Shown here one piece after another: positions 33,270 to 43,450 of a stretch of 64,000 bases of DNA. The stretch spans positions 288,001 through 352,000 of the forward strand of contig CAVURN010000005.1 of assembly GCA_963743915.1 (NCBI GenBank). Reading direction: 5' to 3'. Source of the stretch: an uncultured Actinomycetota bacterium (GTDB lineage Bacteria > Actinomycetota > Actinomycetes > JAHEKZ01). Each line of letters begins with the position of its first letter. Position 1 is the first letter of the stretch. The notes below the pieces were generated by a model, which was given only the letters and a program-made list of their open reading frames with translations, did no database searches and was not told the DNA's origin. Made by a program: the position numbers and the translations under genes.

Positions 33270-34468
33270 ATGGAGACGCACCACCCCGGCCTCACCGACG
33301 GCCTTGCGCCGCTCTGGGAGCCCGGGCCGGTCGGCCCGACCCGCCCCTTCCTGGTGCTGCCCTCCGCCGACGACCCCCGCCTCGTGCTGCCGGCGGGGCG
33401 CGGACGGGCCGCCGCCACAGTCCTGCACGCGTTGCGGGACGAGTCGACGGCCAAGGCGCGCACCCTCTCGTGGGCCCTGCGCGGCGCTGCCCTGCTCCAC
33501 GTGCGCACCACCGAGCTGCCTGACCCGCCGCTCCTGGCGGCCGTCGCCAGACACCTGGCACCGGAGAGCGTCGCCGCCGACCTCGTGTACGGCGTCCACC
33601 TGGGCCCGCGTCGCGCGAACCGGAAGCCGGTCCTGGCCGTGGCCGGACGGGACGGTGCGCTCCTCGCCATCGTCAAGTGGGGCATGAACCCGCTCACCGA
33701 CCGGCTTGTCGCCCACGAGGCGACGGCGCTGCACCAGCTGACCTCCCTGCCCGCGCACTCGGGGGTGCAGGTCCCGAGACTCCTCGGTCAGGGGGATTTC
33801 GCCGGACACCCCTACGTCGTGCAGTCACCCGTGCCCACCAGCGGAGCGGGTCCGTGGTCGCTCGACCGCGCCATCGAAGCCCAGGTGGCAGTGGCGACGT
33901 CGGGCGGACAGGCGGATGCCGAGGACTACCTCACCCGCTTCGCCGCGGCGTGGCGGGACCGACCCACCACCTGCGACCCGGTGGACCGCGACGCCGCCCA
34001 GGCGTTCGGGGCGCTGGCGACGACCTGGCTCGGCCACGTCCGACAGTCCTCGCTCGGGCACGGCAGGTGGCACGGCGACTGGCGTAGGACCAACATGGCC
34101 CTCACCCGGGACGGCTGCTCGGTGTGGGACTGGGAGCGGTTCGACAGCGGCGCTCCCCTCGGGTACGACGCGCTGCACCTCTTCCTCACCGGCCGCGCCG
34201 GTTCGGTGCAGGACCTCACCACGCTGCCCGCGGACGTCTTCGCGAACGCCGCGCGCCTGCTCCGACCGTTCGGCGATCGAGAGCCGCGACGACGCCGAGC
34301 TGGTCACCTGCGGCTACCTGCTCGAGCTGGCCGGCCGGTACCTCGACGACGGTCAGTCGACCTCGGGCGCACGTCTGGGAGACAGTCGCCCACTGGCTGC
34401 TGCCCACCCTCACCAGCGTCCTGAAGGAACCCACCACCGGGCACGAACAAGGAGCGAACGAGCAGTGA
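33270..34468 (+). CDS. APH/kinase-fold phosphotransferase (frameshifts near 34278 and 34380)
   Basis: GP.RANRKPVL, VK, HGDWRRTN (HGDxxxN), DWE; GTGA overlap with next gene. Confidence 0.7.
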
Positions 34469-35320
34469 GCAGTCTGCGGGGCAAGAGCAGAAGAGCGGCG
34501 CGAGCCGCGGCCGACCGGGTCGGCCGGCGGACGTCGTCGCGCCGGGTCCTGCCGACCATGCTCATCGTGGGCGGGCAACGGTGCGGCACGACCACGCTCT
34601 TCAAGGCGCTGCTCGAGCACCCGGGGTTCGTCGGGCCGACGCTCCGCAAGGGCGTGCACTACTTCGACCTCAATGCCGATCGACCCCTGGACTGGTACCG
34701 CAGCCACTTCCCCACCGAGTCCAGCGTCGAACAGGATCGCGCAGCGCCAGGGGCACTCCGTGGTCGTCGGCGAGTCGAGCCCGTACTACATGTGGCACCC
34801 GCTGGCGCCCGAGCGGATCGCCACGGCCCTGCCCGACGTGAAGGTCATCGCCCTGCTGCGTGACCCGGTGGCCCGCGCCTACTCCGCCCATGCCCACGAG
34901 CTCGCGCGCGGCTTCGAGACCGAACCGTTCGAGCGAGCACTCGAACTCGAGGAGGAGCGCCTGGCCGGCGAGGAGGAGCGCCTACGCAGCGGCGCGGTCA
35001 CGCGCAGCCTCGCGCACCAGCATCTCGCCTACGTCCGTCGGGGGCAGTACATCGACCAGCTCGAGCGTCTCGAGGCGGCCCTGGGCCGCGAACGCATCCT
35101 GGTCGTCGACAGCGTCGCCCTCTGGTCCTCGCCGGAGGAGCGCTGGCCCGAGGTCACCCGGTTTCTCGGCCTCCCGGACCACCCGGTGTCGATCGAGCGT
35201 CACAACGCCCGTTCGCGCTCTCCCCTGGACGACGCCCTCCGAGAACGTCTCGAGGCGCACTACGTGCCCTACGACGAGCGGCTGGCCGCCTGGTGGGGAC
35301 GCACCCCGAGCTGGCGGTGA
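34465..35320 (+). CDS. Sulfotransferase (frameshift near 34730)
   Basis: 5'-PSB IVGGQRCGTTTL, K.VHYFD, GESSPYY, 3'-PB LRDPVARAYS. Confidence 0.88.
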
Positions 35321-35518
35321 CGGCTGCAGCGGACCGAGGAGACAGCGCGGTCTCTGACCGCTGCTGACGACCCACGACTACCGCACGTGCAGGACACCGG
35401 ACGTCCGGCAGGCGTCACCCGTTTGGCGGCACTTGTGCCAACACCGATCGGACCCCGCTACCTCCGGTGAGAATTGACCCACCGACCACCTCCCCTTCAC
35501 CGCGACCGAGGAGCATCC

Positions 35519-35992
35519 GTGCAGGCACTGTCCGACCTCGAAGGTCGCGTGCTGCTGGTCGGCTCCAGCGGTGGTCACCTCGCCCAGCTCCTCGCGCTGG
35601 CGCCGCTCTGGCCGCGGGAACGACGGCACTGGGTCACCTTCGACACCGCGGACGCAGTGTCCCAGCTGGTCGCCGAGAGCGTGACGTGGGCGTACCACCC
35701 CACCACCCGGAACGTGAGGAACCTGGCACGCAACACCGCGCTCGCGCGCCAGGTCCTCGACGCCGAACGACCCGACGTGATCGTCTCGACCGGAGCGGCC
35801 GTCGCGTATCCCTTCTTCCTGCTGGGCCGCGCCCGGGGGATCCCCACGGTGTACGTCGAGGTCTACGACCGGATCGACAGCCGCACCGTGACCGGGAGGC
35901 TCTGCCGTCCGCTGTCGACGCTCTTCTGCGTCCAGTGGGAGGAGCAGCAGCAGCTCTACCCGGGCTCGATCGTCGTGGGGCCGCTGCTGTGA
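35519..35992 (+). CDS. Alg14/PssD-like glycosyltransferase partner subunit
   Basis: SSGGHL.QL, PDVIVSTGAAVA.P, YVE..DR, VQW. Confidence 0.88.
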   Translation: MQALSDLEGRVLLVGSSGGHLAQLLALAPLWPRERRHWVTFDTADAVSQLVAESVTWAYHPTTRNVRNLARNTALARQVLDAERPDVIVSTGAAVAYPFFLLGRARGIPTVYVEVYDRIDSRTVTGRLCRPLSTLFCVQWEEQQQLYPGSIVVGPLL

Positions 35993-36480
35993 GCCGCATC
36001 CTCGTCACGGTGGGCACCGACTTCCACCCCTTCCAGCGCCTCGTCGACTGGGCCGACCAGTTCGCCGAGCAGCACCCCGAGCACGAGGTCTTCACGCAGT
36101 ACGGCTCAGCCCGTCCGCCTCGGCACGGCGAGCACTCCCGGCTGCTCGACCACGCCCAGCTGCAGCGCGAGATCGCCCGGGCCGACGTGGTGGTCTGTCA
36201 CGGAGGCCCGGCAACCATCACCGAGGTGCGGCGTGCCGGTCTCCGACCGGTCTGCGTCCCGCGCGACCCGGACCGCGGGGAGCACGTCGACGGACACCAG
36301 ATGCGTTTCGTGCGGCGCATCGAGCGAGGCCGGGATGGTCGCCGCATGCCTCGACGTCGACGACCTCGACGAGGCGGTCGCCGCCGAGCTGGCCCGGCCA
36401 CGCCGCGACCCGGGTCAGGCCGAGGACGTGGCGCCGGGCGTCCGGCGCATCCATGACCTCATCGCCGAGCCTCACCGCGC
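35989..36480 (+). CDS. Alg13/PssE-like GT28 C-terminal glycosyltransferase (frameshift near 36325; possibly fused to the downstream sulfotransferase)
   Basis: VTVGTD.HPF.RL, QYG, HGGPATI, PR....GEHVDGHQ. Confidence 0.82.
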
Positions 36481-37438
36481 AACCTTCGACCGACGGCGAC
36501 GACGACGACGCGCATCCGGGTCATCTACATCGGCGGCCAGGGACGGAGCGGCAGCACGCTTCTCGAGCGCGCGCTGGGTGAGCTGCCCGGCGTCCTCAGC
36601 GTCGGCGAGATGGTGCACCTGTGGGACCGCGGGCTGCGCGACGACCAGCTCTGCGGATGCGGGGAGCCCTTCCACACGTGCTCGTTCTGGCGGTCGGTGG
36701 GCGACGTGGCCTTCGGCGGCTGGGACGCCCTCGACGTCGATGAAGCGGTGTCGCTGCGCTACGCGGTCGACCGCAACCGCTACCTGCCCCTGCTCGCGCG
36801 TCCCGGCCTCTCCCGCCGCTACCGGGAGCGCCACGCCCGCTACGTCGCCAGGCTGGCTCAGCTGTACCGCGCCATCGCCGAGGTCTCCGGCTCACGCGTC
36901 ATCATCGACTCCAGCAAGCACGCCTCCTACGCGATGACGCTGTCCCAGGTGCCCGGCCTCGACCTGCGGCTGCTGCACGTGGTGCGTGACAGCCGTGCGG
37001 TGGCCCACGCGTGGAGCAAGGAGGTCGCCAGGCCGGAGGCGCTCGGGGTTCCGATGCCGATGTACGGACCGACCAAGACCGCCGTGCTGTGGGACGTGCA
37101 GAACACCTTGATCGAGCGACTCAAGCGTCGCCACCCTTACCTGCGGATCCGCTACGAGGACTTCGTCGAGGCGCCCAAGGACGTCCTGCTGGCAGCCGGA
37201 CGGTTCGCCGGGCTCGGGGACGAGGCCTCCACGCTCGACGTTCCTCGACGCGGACACCCTGCGGCTGACGCCCTCGCACACGGTCGCGGGGAACCCCATG
37301 CGCTTCCTCTCCGGAGAGGTGAGGATCAGGGCGGACCGGTCGTGGCGTTCTGACATGCCGACCGGCCGGCAGCGTCTGGTCAATGCACTGACGCTGCCCC
37401 TGCAGCGTCACTACGGCTACCGATCGGCAGACTCGTGA
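36481..37438 (+). CDS. Sulfotransferase domain (no in-frame start; frameshift near 37240)
   Basis: IYIGGQGRSGSTLL, GE, CGCG, IDSSK, VRDSRAVA.AW, RYED, H..AGNPMR; ends at TGA 37438. Confidence 0.82.
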
Positions 37439-38370
37439 CCATGAGCCCCTTCCCCCGCGTCGACGTGGTGGTCCCGACCCGCGACCGCCCGGAGATGCTG
37501 CGGACCGCCATCACCGCGATCCTGGCGTCGGAGTACAAGGGCGACATCCGGGTCCTGGTCGTCTACGACCAGTCGTCCCCGGACTCGTCACTGGCGACGG
37601 AGCAGTCACTGGGCATCGGCGACCACCGAAGCGTCAGCGTGCTGTCGAACAACCGCACACCCGGGCTGGCCGGCGCCCGCAACACCGGGCTGCTGGCAGC
37701 GGACGCCGAGCTCGTCGGCTTCTGCGACGACGACGACACGTGGCTCCCGCACAAGCTGGCGGCGCAGGTGGACGCCCTCGCGGCGGAGCCGGACGCGGAG
37801 TTCGTCTGCTGCGGCATCGAGGTGCTCTACGACGGGGAGTCGCACCCTCGGGTGCTGGACCTGCGCCACGTCACCCTCACCGACCTGGTGCGTGACCGAC
37901 TCACCGAGCTCCACCCCTCCACCTTCCTCATGCGACGCGCGGCGGTCGTCGAGGGCTTCGGACTGGTCGAGGAGGAGATCCCCGGCAGTTTCGGTGAGGA
38001 CTACGAGCTGCTGCTCCGGGCAGCACGTCGGCACCCGATCCTCAACGTCCCCGAGGTCGGTGTCCAGGTCCTGTGGTCCAGCCGTTCCTACTTCACCGCG
38101 CGGTGGCAGACGATGCGCTCCGGTCTCACCTGGCTGCTCGAGCGCTACCCCGAGTTCGAGGACGTCCCCGCGGGCGAGGCCCGGATCGCCGGTCAGATCG
38201 CGTTCGCGGCAGCAGCGGACAAGGACCGGAAGCAGGGTGCTCGGTGGGCGTGGCGGGCCCTCCGCCGGCGCCCGGTGGAGCCGCGCGCGTACCTGGCGCT
38301 CGCCGTCGCCGGTGGGTTGTCTCCGCAGTGGGTTCTCCGACGCCTGCACTCCGTCGGCCGCGGGATCTAG
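37435..38370 (+). CDS. Glycosyltransferase family 2
   Basis: VVVPTRDR, GLAGARNTG, FCDDDD, GED. Confidence 0.92.
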   Translation: MTMSPFPRVDVVVPTRDRPEMLRTAITAILASEYKGDIRVLVVYDQSSPDSSLATEQSLGIGDHRSVSVLSNNRTPGLAGARNTGLLAADAELVGFCDDDDTWLPHKLAAQVDALAAEPDAEFVCCGIEVLYDGESHPRVLDLRHVTLTDLVRDRLTELHPSTFLMRRAAVVEGFGLVEEEIPGSFGEDYELLLRAARRHPILNVPEVGVQVLWSSRSYFTARWQTMRSGLTWLLERYPEFEDVPAGEARIAGQIAFAAAADKDRKQGARWAWRALRRRPVEPRAYLALAVAGGLSPQWVLRRLHSVGRGI

Positions 38371-39284
38371 CGGTCGATGATGGTGCGCCACGCCTGCCGG
38401 GACGGCGCGTCCCGCAACCGGTAGTCGATGTTCGGCACCTGCGCATCCCAGTACGTGACGAACGCGGCGTTCCGCCGGTCGGTGTACCGGGCACACGCAT
38501 GCAGCCAGCGCGCACGTCGGGTGCCGTCGTCCCCCGGGAGCAGCCGGCTGGCCAGCTCGGCCACCCCGAACCTGTTCCCCAGTCGACGCGTCGTGCGGTA
38601 GGCGGGGCCCATGAGCTTCCGCGGCGCCATGTACTGAGGGGCCCCGCGTGGGCTGTAGCAGTCCCACCCCATCACGTCGATGAAGTCGCCGGGGTAGTAG
38701 GTGCGGACGGAGCGGTTCGAGGAGCGGGCCGTCCAGCACATCAGGATCAGGGTGGGGTGCAGCTGCGGGTTGTCCACGCGGCGGGCGATCGCGTTGATGT
38801 GCCGCCACGCCGCGCGGTACTGGGCTGCCGAGATCAGACCACGCTCGTGGTCGTCCTCCGGCTCGTGGAAGTACGACCAGAAGGTGGGGCGCTGCTTGGG
38901 CGCGTTCCGGAAGAAGGTCCGGAGCTCGTCGTCGACCGCGCCGCTGAGCACCCGGCCGGGCATCTCACGGAACGAGAGCACCACCGGGCGCCGAAACCCC
39001 TCGAGCAGTCGGTTGAAGGTGTCGCGGACGAAGGGCTCGTACACCCGGACGATGTCCATGCCCCCGTAACGATCGTCGGACTGCCGCACGGCGGTGCGCC
39101 AGTCGATCCCGTCGGACGGGACGCTGGCGCCGAACCGGGTCGACGATCCTCGGCGCTCCAAGCGTGTCCCGTCGGTCGAGGCCTCCGACTCCGTCGACGT
39201 GCTGACGATGAGCGGGACGAGGGCGGCGACGAAGGCCACCGCCAACAGGATCACGGGCAACGTTCGGCGTGCGTGGGAAGTCAC
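38367..39284 (-). CDS. Secreted GH26-like (clan GH-A) glycoside hydrolase
   Basis: Signal/TM, VLSF, YFHEPED (acid/base), D.MGWDCY, FGVAE (nucleophile). Confidence 0.72.
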   Translation of the reverse strand: MTSHARRTLPVILLAVAFVAALVPLIVSTSTESEASTDGTRLERRGSSTRFGASVPSDGIDWRTAVRQSDDRYGGMDIVRVYEPFVRDTFNRLLEGFRRPVVLSFREMPGRVLSGAVDDELRTFFRNAPKQRPTFWSYFHEPEDDHERGLISAAQYRAAWRHINAIARRVDNPQLHPTLILMCWTARSSNRSVRTYYPGDFIDVMGWDCYSPRGAPQYMAPRKLMGPAYRTTRRLGNRFGVAELASRLLPGDDGTRRARWLHACARYTDRRNAAFVTYWDAQVPNIDYRLRDAPSRQAWRTIIDR

Positions 39285-39328
39285 AGGCGAATCCCTTCGT
39301 CGGGGTCACTCTGGGGAAGTGGTCGGTC

Positions 39329-39880
39329 CTAGTCGTTGAACTGGGACTGCGCACGGTCCAGGCCGACGGTCATCAGCGCAGCCACCGCGTCGGCGCACCT
39401 CGTCACGATCTCGGGCACCTCGGGCCGCTCGGCGGCTGCGAAGTCCCGCAGCACGAACGACGCCGGATCCATCCTGCCAGGCGGACGGCCGATTCCCACC
39501 CGAGCCCGGTAGAAGTCGCCGGTGCCCAGCGACCGCCGGAGGGACTTCAGCCCGTTATGCCCGTTATCACCCCCGCCGAGCTTGAGCCGCAGCGAACCGA
39601 AGGGCAGGTCGAGCTCGTCGTGCACCGCGACCACCCGCTCGGGAGTGACCTTGTAGAAGGCGCAGAGCGGAGCCACCGCCTGACCGGAGTCGTTCATGTA
39701 CGTGGTGGGCTTGACGAGCACCACGCGGTGACCGTCGACGCGCCCCTCCCACGTGTGTGCGCGGGCGCGTCGATGGCTGCGGAACGCAGCACCACCGGCG
39801 AGCTCGTCGACCACGAGGTACCCGACGTTGTGACGGTTGCCCGCGTACTCCGGTCCGGGGTTGCCGAGCCCGACGACCAC
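39329..39880 (-). CDS. pth: Peptidyl-tRNA hydrolase (start uncertain)
   Basis: GLGNPG..Y..NRHNVG, KP.TYMN.SG, HDELDL, GHNGL. Confidence 0.95.
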   Translation of the reverse strand: MVVGLGNPGPEYAGNRHNVGYLVVDELAGGAAFRSHRRARAHTWEGRVDGHRVVLVKPTTYMNDSGQAVAPLCAFYKVTPERVVAVHDELDLPFGSLRLKLGGGDNGHNGLKSLRRSLGTGDFYRARVGIGRPPGRMDPASFVLRDFAAAERPEVPEIVTRCADAVAALMTVGLDRAQSQFND

Positions 39881-39927
39881 CCAGGGACGGTCGTCGTCGG
39901 TGACCTCCGGTGGACGGTTGCGCCGGA

Positions 39928-40569
39928 TCAGGCCGGCGGCTCCACCGTCTCGGCCACCACGGTGGCCGCCGCGGCACCTGCGGCCGCCTCGGCCTCGGCA
40001 GCCTCGGCCGCCTCGTCCGCAGCAGCCTCGGCCGACTGGGCACCGAGGATGTGCACGACCACCAGGTCGGGGTCGGCCACGAGCACCGCTCCGGACGGCA
40101 GCGGCACGTCGGAGGCCCGGAGGCTCTCTCCGACTGTCAGACCTTCGACGTCGATCACCAGCTCGGACGGGATCTTGGTGGCTTCGGTCTCGATGCCGAT
40201 GGTGTCGTTCACGTGCTCGAGCAGACCACCAGGGGCGATCTTGCCCTCGGTGCGGACCAGCACCTCGACGGTGACCTTCTCGCCGGTGCGGACGGCCACG
40301 AGGTCGACGTGCTCGATCGTGTGACGGACAGGGTCTCGCTGCACGGACTTCGGCAGCACCAGCTGGGCGCCGTCGTCGAGCTGCAGCGAGAGCAGGGTGT
40401 TGGACTTCTTCAGGGCCAGCATCAGCTCGTGTGCCGGCAGGGCCAGGTGCTGGGTGTCGGCGCCGTGCCCGTACACGACGACGGGGATCTTCTTGTCACG
40501 ACGCAGACGGCGCGCGGCACCCTTGCCGAACTCCGTGCGGCGCTCAGCGGCGATGGCGATCTCGGACAC
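39928..40569 (-). CDS. rplY: 50S ribosomal protein L25/CTC
   Basis: [24 protein letters not shown]...EHVD, acidic/Ala tail. Confidence 0.96.
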   Translation of the reverse strand: MSEIAIAAERRTEFGKGAARRLRRDKKIPVVVYGHGADTQHLALPAHELMLALKKSNTLLSLQLDDGAQLVLPKSVQRDPVRHTIEHVDLVAVRTGEKVTVEVLVRTEGKIAPGGLLEHVNDTIGIETEATKIPSELVIDVEGLTVGESLRASDVPLPSGAVLVADPDLVVVHILGAQSAEAAADEAAEAAEAEAAAGAAAATVVAETVEPPA

Positions 40570-40639
40570 GGGCCTTCAGCTCCTGACGACGGTCGGTCGG
40601 TGGGCGTTCCGGCGCAGGTCAGCCCGCGCATCCGCGCCA

Positions 40640-40713
40640 GCACCGCGTCGATCACGGGCGCCGACCTTCATCTCACAAGGTCGGCACACCCTCGCCGGGA
40701 CCCGCAGAGTCTA
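40640..40713 (-). promoter_or_regulatory. rplY promoter (-10 TAGACT) and structured 5' leader
   Basis: TAGACT at 40708-13; 9-bp stem GCCGACCTT/AAGGTCGGC (40660-85) flanked by CGGCGAGGG and CCCGTGATCGACG on the coding strand. Confidence 0.6.
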
Positions 40714-40777
40714 GCCGCGCCTGCGACAGCAGCCCAAATCTGGCCTTCGGGTGACGACCATCACCCGGCGTCCTGGA

Positions 40778-42310
40778 TCACCGGGCCAGGTGGCTGCCGT
40801 ACGTGGTCGTGACCTCGCGCCAGGCCTGCTTGGACGGCTCGTCGAGCAGGCGGTAGTCGCCCCCGGTGGCCACGGCGTCCCAGTAGCACACGAAGGCGGC
40901 GTCGCGTTCGAGCAGCCAGGATCCGATCGATCGCAGCCAGTCACCACGCTTGCTGCCCGTCGCGTCATCCACGCCGAGTCTGGCTCCTGTCTCGGCGACC
41001 CCGAAGGGGAGCCCGAGCTCGCGGGTCGCGGCGAGCGCCTTCCCGTACATGTCCTCAGGGTTGGCATAGGGCGACGTGGAGTGCGCGTAGCAGTCCCAGC
41101 CCATCGCCTCCACCACGTCAGCACCCGGGAAGAAGCTGCTGACGCTGCGGCCCGACTTCGGACTGGCCGTCCAGCACATCAGGATGACGGTGTTGTGCAG
41201 CTGCGGGTTGCCGGCCGCATCGGCGAGCCCCGCGATCCGTCGATAGGCGTCGCGCCACTGCTGCGCCGTGAAGTCCCCGCTCTCGACGTTGTCCTCGGGC
41301 TCGTGCCAGTACGACCACCAGATGTCACGGTCCCTGGGGGCGGTACGGAACCACTCGGCCAGGTAGGCGTCGTGCCGCCCGGCGAGCACATCGGACGGGT
41401 TGGCCTTGAACGAGACGACGACGGGACCGCCCACCTCACCGGCACGGCCGGGCCACCGGCTCGGCAGGCCCGGGTAGAAGACGCGCACGACCTCCATGCC
41501 GCCGTAGGCCGCGTTGGAGTCGGCCAGCGCCTGGGACCACGAGCGTCCCTCCTGGTCGACGCTGGCCCCGAACAAGGTGCTGCCGTCCGCCGGCCCCTCG
41601 GTCGGGCTGTTCGTCGGGCTCGGCTGCGGCTCAGGGGCGCTGGTCGTGGGGGCGGGCTGGCTGGGGGTGGGGGACTCGGAGGGGGTCGGCGACGGCGACG
41701 AACTCGTCCCCTTGACCGGGTGCACCCGCACGCGGTCCACCTTCAGACCACTCAGCGAACGGAAGGCGGTCAAGGAGACCTGGAGAGTGCTCCGGGCTTC
41801 GCTCGGCTCAGCGAGGAAGGCGACCTGCCGCCAGTTGTCGCTTCCCGCGGTGAAGCGTTCGCCGGTCACCGAGGCGACCCGGTCGCCCTTCCACTCGTAG
41901 AGGCGGAAGGCACCTTGCACCGGGGCTCCGGTGGCGCGGACCCACGCGGACACCTGGTACTGCACCCCGGGGGCGGAGGTCGGGGCCGTCGCGCGCAGGT
42001 CGCGCAAGGTGGCCGAGGCCGCGCGCAGGTGGAGGACCGCCGCCCGTCGACTGCCCCAGACGCCACCGTCGGTGATGCCCAGCACGTCCCCGCTGCCGCT
42101 CGTGACGTCCCAGTCGGTGAAGCCGTGCTTGAACCCGCCGTTGTGCACGAGGTTGGGCCCGAGCACCCGGCGTCCCAGGGAGTCGGGGTCGCCGACCGGC
42201 GCCGCCGAGGAGGGGATCACCACCGCCGCCACACCCAGACCTGCGGTCAGCGCGAGGGCGGTCGTGACGGCGGCGACGCGGGACGGGGTGCTCGGACTGC
42301 GGTTGCTCAT
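40778..42310 (-). CDS. Secreted carbohydrate-binding (CBM4/9-like) + Pro/Ser/Thr linker + GH26-like hydrolase
   Basis: NLVHNGGF..G...W, Y.VSAWVR; linker SPSPTPSESPTP; YWHEPED, MGWDCY, FGVAET; paralog of 38367-39284. Confidence 0.75.
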   Translation of the reverse strand: MSNRSPSTPSRVAAVTTALALTAGLGVAAVVIPSSAAPVGDPDSLGRRVLGPNLVHNGGFKHGFTDWDVTSGSGDVLGITDGGVWGSRRAAVLHLRAASATLRDLRATAPTSAPGVQYQVSAWVRATGAPVQGAFRLYEWKGDRVASVTGERFTAGSDNWRQVAFLAEPSEARSTLQVSLTAFRSLSGLKVDRVRVHPVKGTSSSPSPTPSESPTPSQPAPTTSAPEPQPSPTNSPTEGPADGSTLFGASVDQEGRSWSQALADSNAAYGGMEVVRVFYPGLPSRWPGRAGEVGGPVVVSFKANPSDVLAGRHDAYLAEWFRTAPRDRDIWWSYWHEPEDNVESGDFTAQQWRDAYRRIAGLADAAGNPQLHNTVILMCWTASPKSGRSVSSFFPGADVVEAMGWDCYAHSTSPYANPEDMYGKALAATRELGLPFGVAETGARLGVDDATGSKRGDWLRSIGSWLLERDAAFVCYWDAVATGGDYRLLDEPSKQAWREVTTTYGSHLAR

Positions 42311-42475
42311 GCAGGGCTCCTCGGGCCGGGGATAGACGGCTCATCGGAGGAGCGACGGGGGGTGCTTGACGCCCTGACCACGGAGTTGGGCCATGTGGGT
42401 GGACGAATTCGGACTAAGCCGGCCGGGGGTTAGCCCGTGTGGGCGACACCTCCGTGAACGGCGGCGTCGCGCGGG

Positions 42476-43450
42476 TCAGGCGTTGCCGTCGAAGAGGCTG
42501 GTCACCGAGCCGTCGTCGAAGACCTCGCGGATCGCCCGCGCCAGCATGGGCGCGATCGGCAGCACGGTGAGCTTGTCGAACCGCTTGTCGTCGGCGATGG
42601 GGAGGGTGTCGGTGACGACCACCTCGGAGACACGGCTGTTCTTCAGGCGGTCGATCGCCGGTCCGCTGAAGATGCCGTGAGTCGCGGTGACGATGACCTC
42701 GGCAGCACCCTGGTCGAAGAGGGTCTCGGCGGCCTTCACGATCGTGCCACCGGTGTCGATCATGTCGTCGACGAGCACGCAGATGCGTCCCTCGACCTCA
42801 CCGACGACCTCGAAGACCTTGACCTCGTTCGGCACGTCAGGGTCGCGTCGCTTGTGGATGATCGCCAGCGGGCTGCCGAGGCGGTCGGTCCATCGCTCGG
42901 CCACTCGCACGCGTCCGGCGTCCGGCGAGACCACGGTGATGCGGCTACGGTCCGAGACCCGGCTGGCGACGTAGTGCGCGAGCGTCTCGAGCGCGAACAG
43001 GTGGTCGACCGGGCCGTCGAAGAAGCCTTGGATCTGCGAGGTGTGAAGGTCGACAGCCATCAGCCGGTCGGCCCCGGCCGTCTTGAAGAGATCGGCCATC
43101 AGACGCGCCGAGATGGGTTCGCGTCCCCGGTGCTTCTTGTCCTGACGGGCATACCCGTAGAAGGGCGCCACCACCGTGATGCGCTTGGCCGAGGCCCGCT
43201 TGAGCGCGTCGACCATGATGAGCTGCTCCATGATCCAGGTGTTGACCGGGGTGGTGTGCGACTGGATGACGAAGGCGTCGCAGCCCCGCACCGACTCCTC
43301 GTAGCGGACGAAGATCTCACCGTTGGCGAAGTCGAAGAGCGACGTGGGACACAGTTCGGTGTCGAGGAAGGCGGCAACCTCCTCGGCGAGTTCGGCGTGC
43401 CCTCGGCCCGAGAAGAGCATCAGCTTCTTGGAGTTCGTCGACTCGATCAT
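42476..43450 (-). CDS. prs: Ribose-phosphate pyrophosphokinase
   Basis: [36 protein letters not shown]. Confidence 0.98.
   Translation of the reverse strand: MIESTNSKKLMLFSGRGHAELAEEVAAFLDTELCPTSLFDFANGEIFVRYEESVRGCDAFVIQSHTTPVNTWIMEQLIMVDALKRASAKRITVVAPFYGYARQDKKHRGREPISARLMADLFKTAGADRLMAVDLHTSQIQGFFDGPVDHLFALETLAHYVASRVSDRSRITVVSPDAGRVRVAERWTDRLGSPLAIIHKRRDPDVPNEVKVFEVVGEVEGRICVLVDDMIDTGGTIVKAAETLFDQGAAEVIVTATHGIFSGPAIDRLKNSRVSEVVVTDTLPIADDKRFDKLTVLPIAPMLARAIREVFDDGSVTSLFDGNA

Noticed and set aside
35325-35365. Hairpin after the first sulfotransferase as an ncRNA
   Set aside because: Short GC-rich imperfect stem right after a stop codon; most simply a terminator or stability hairpin
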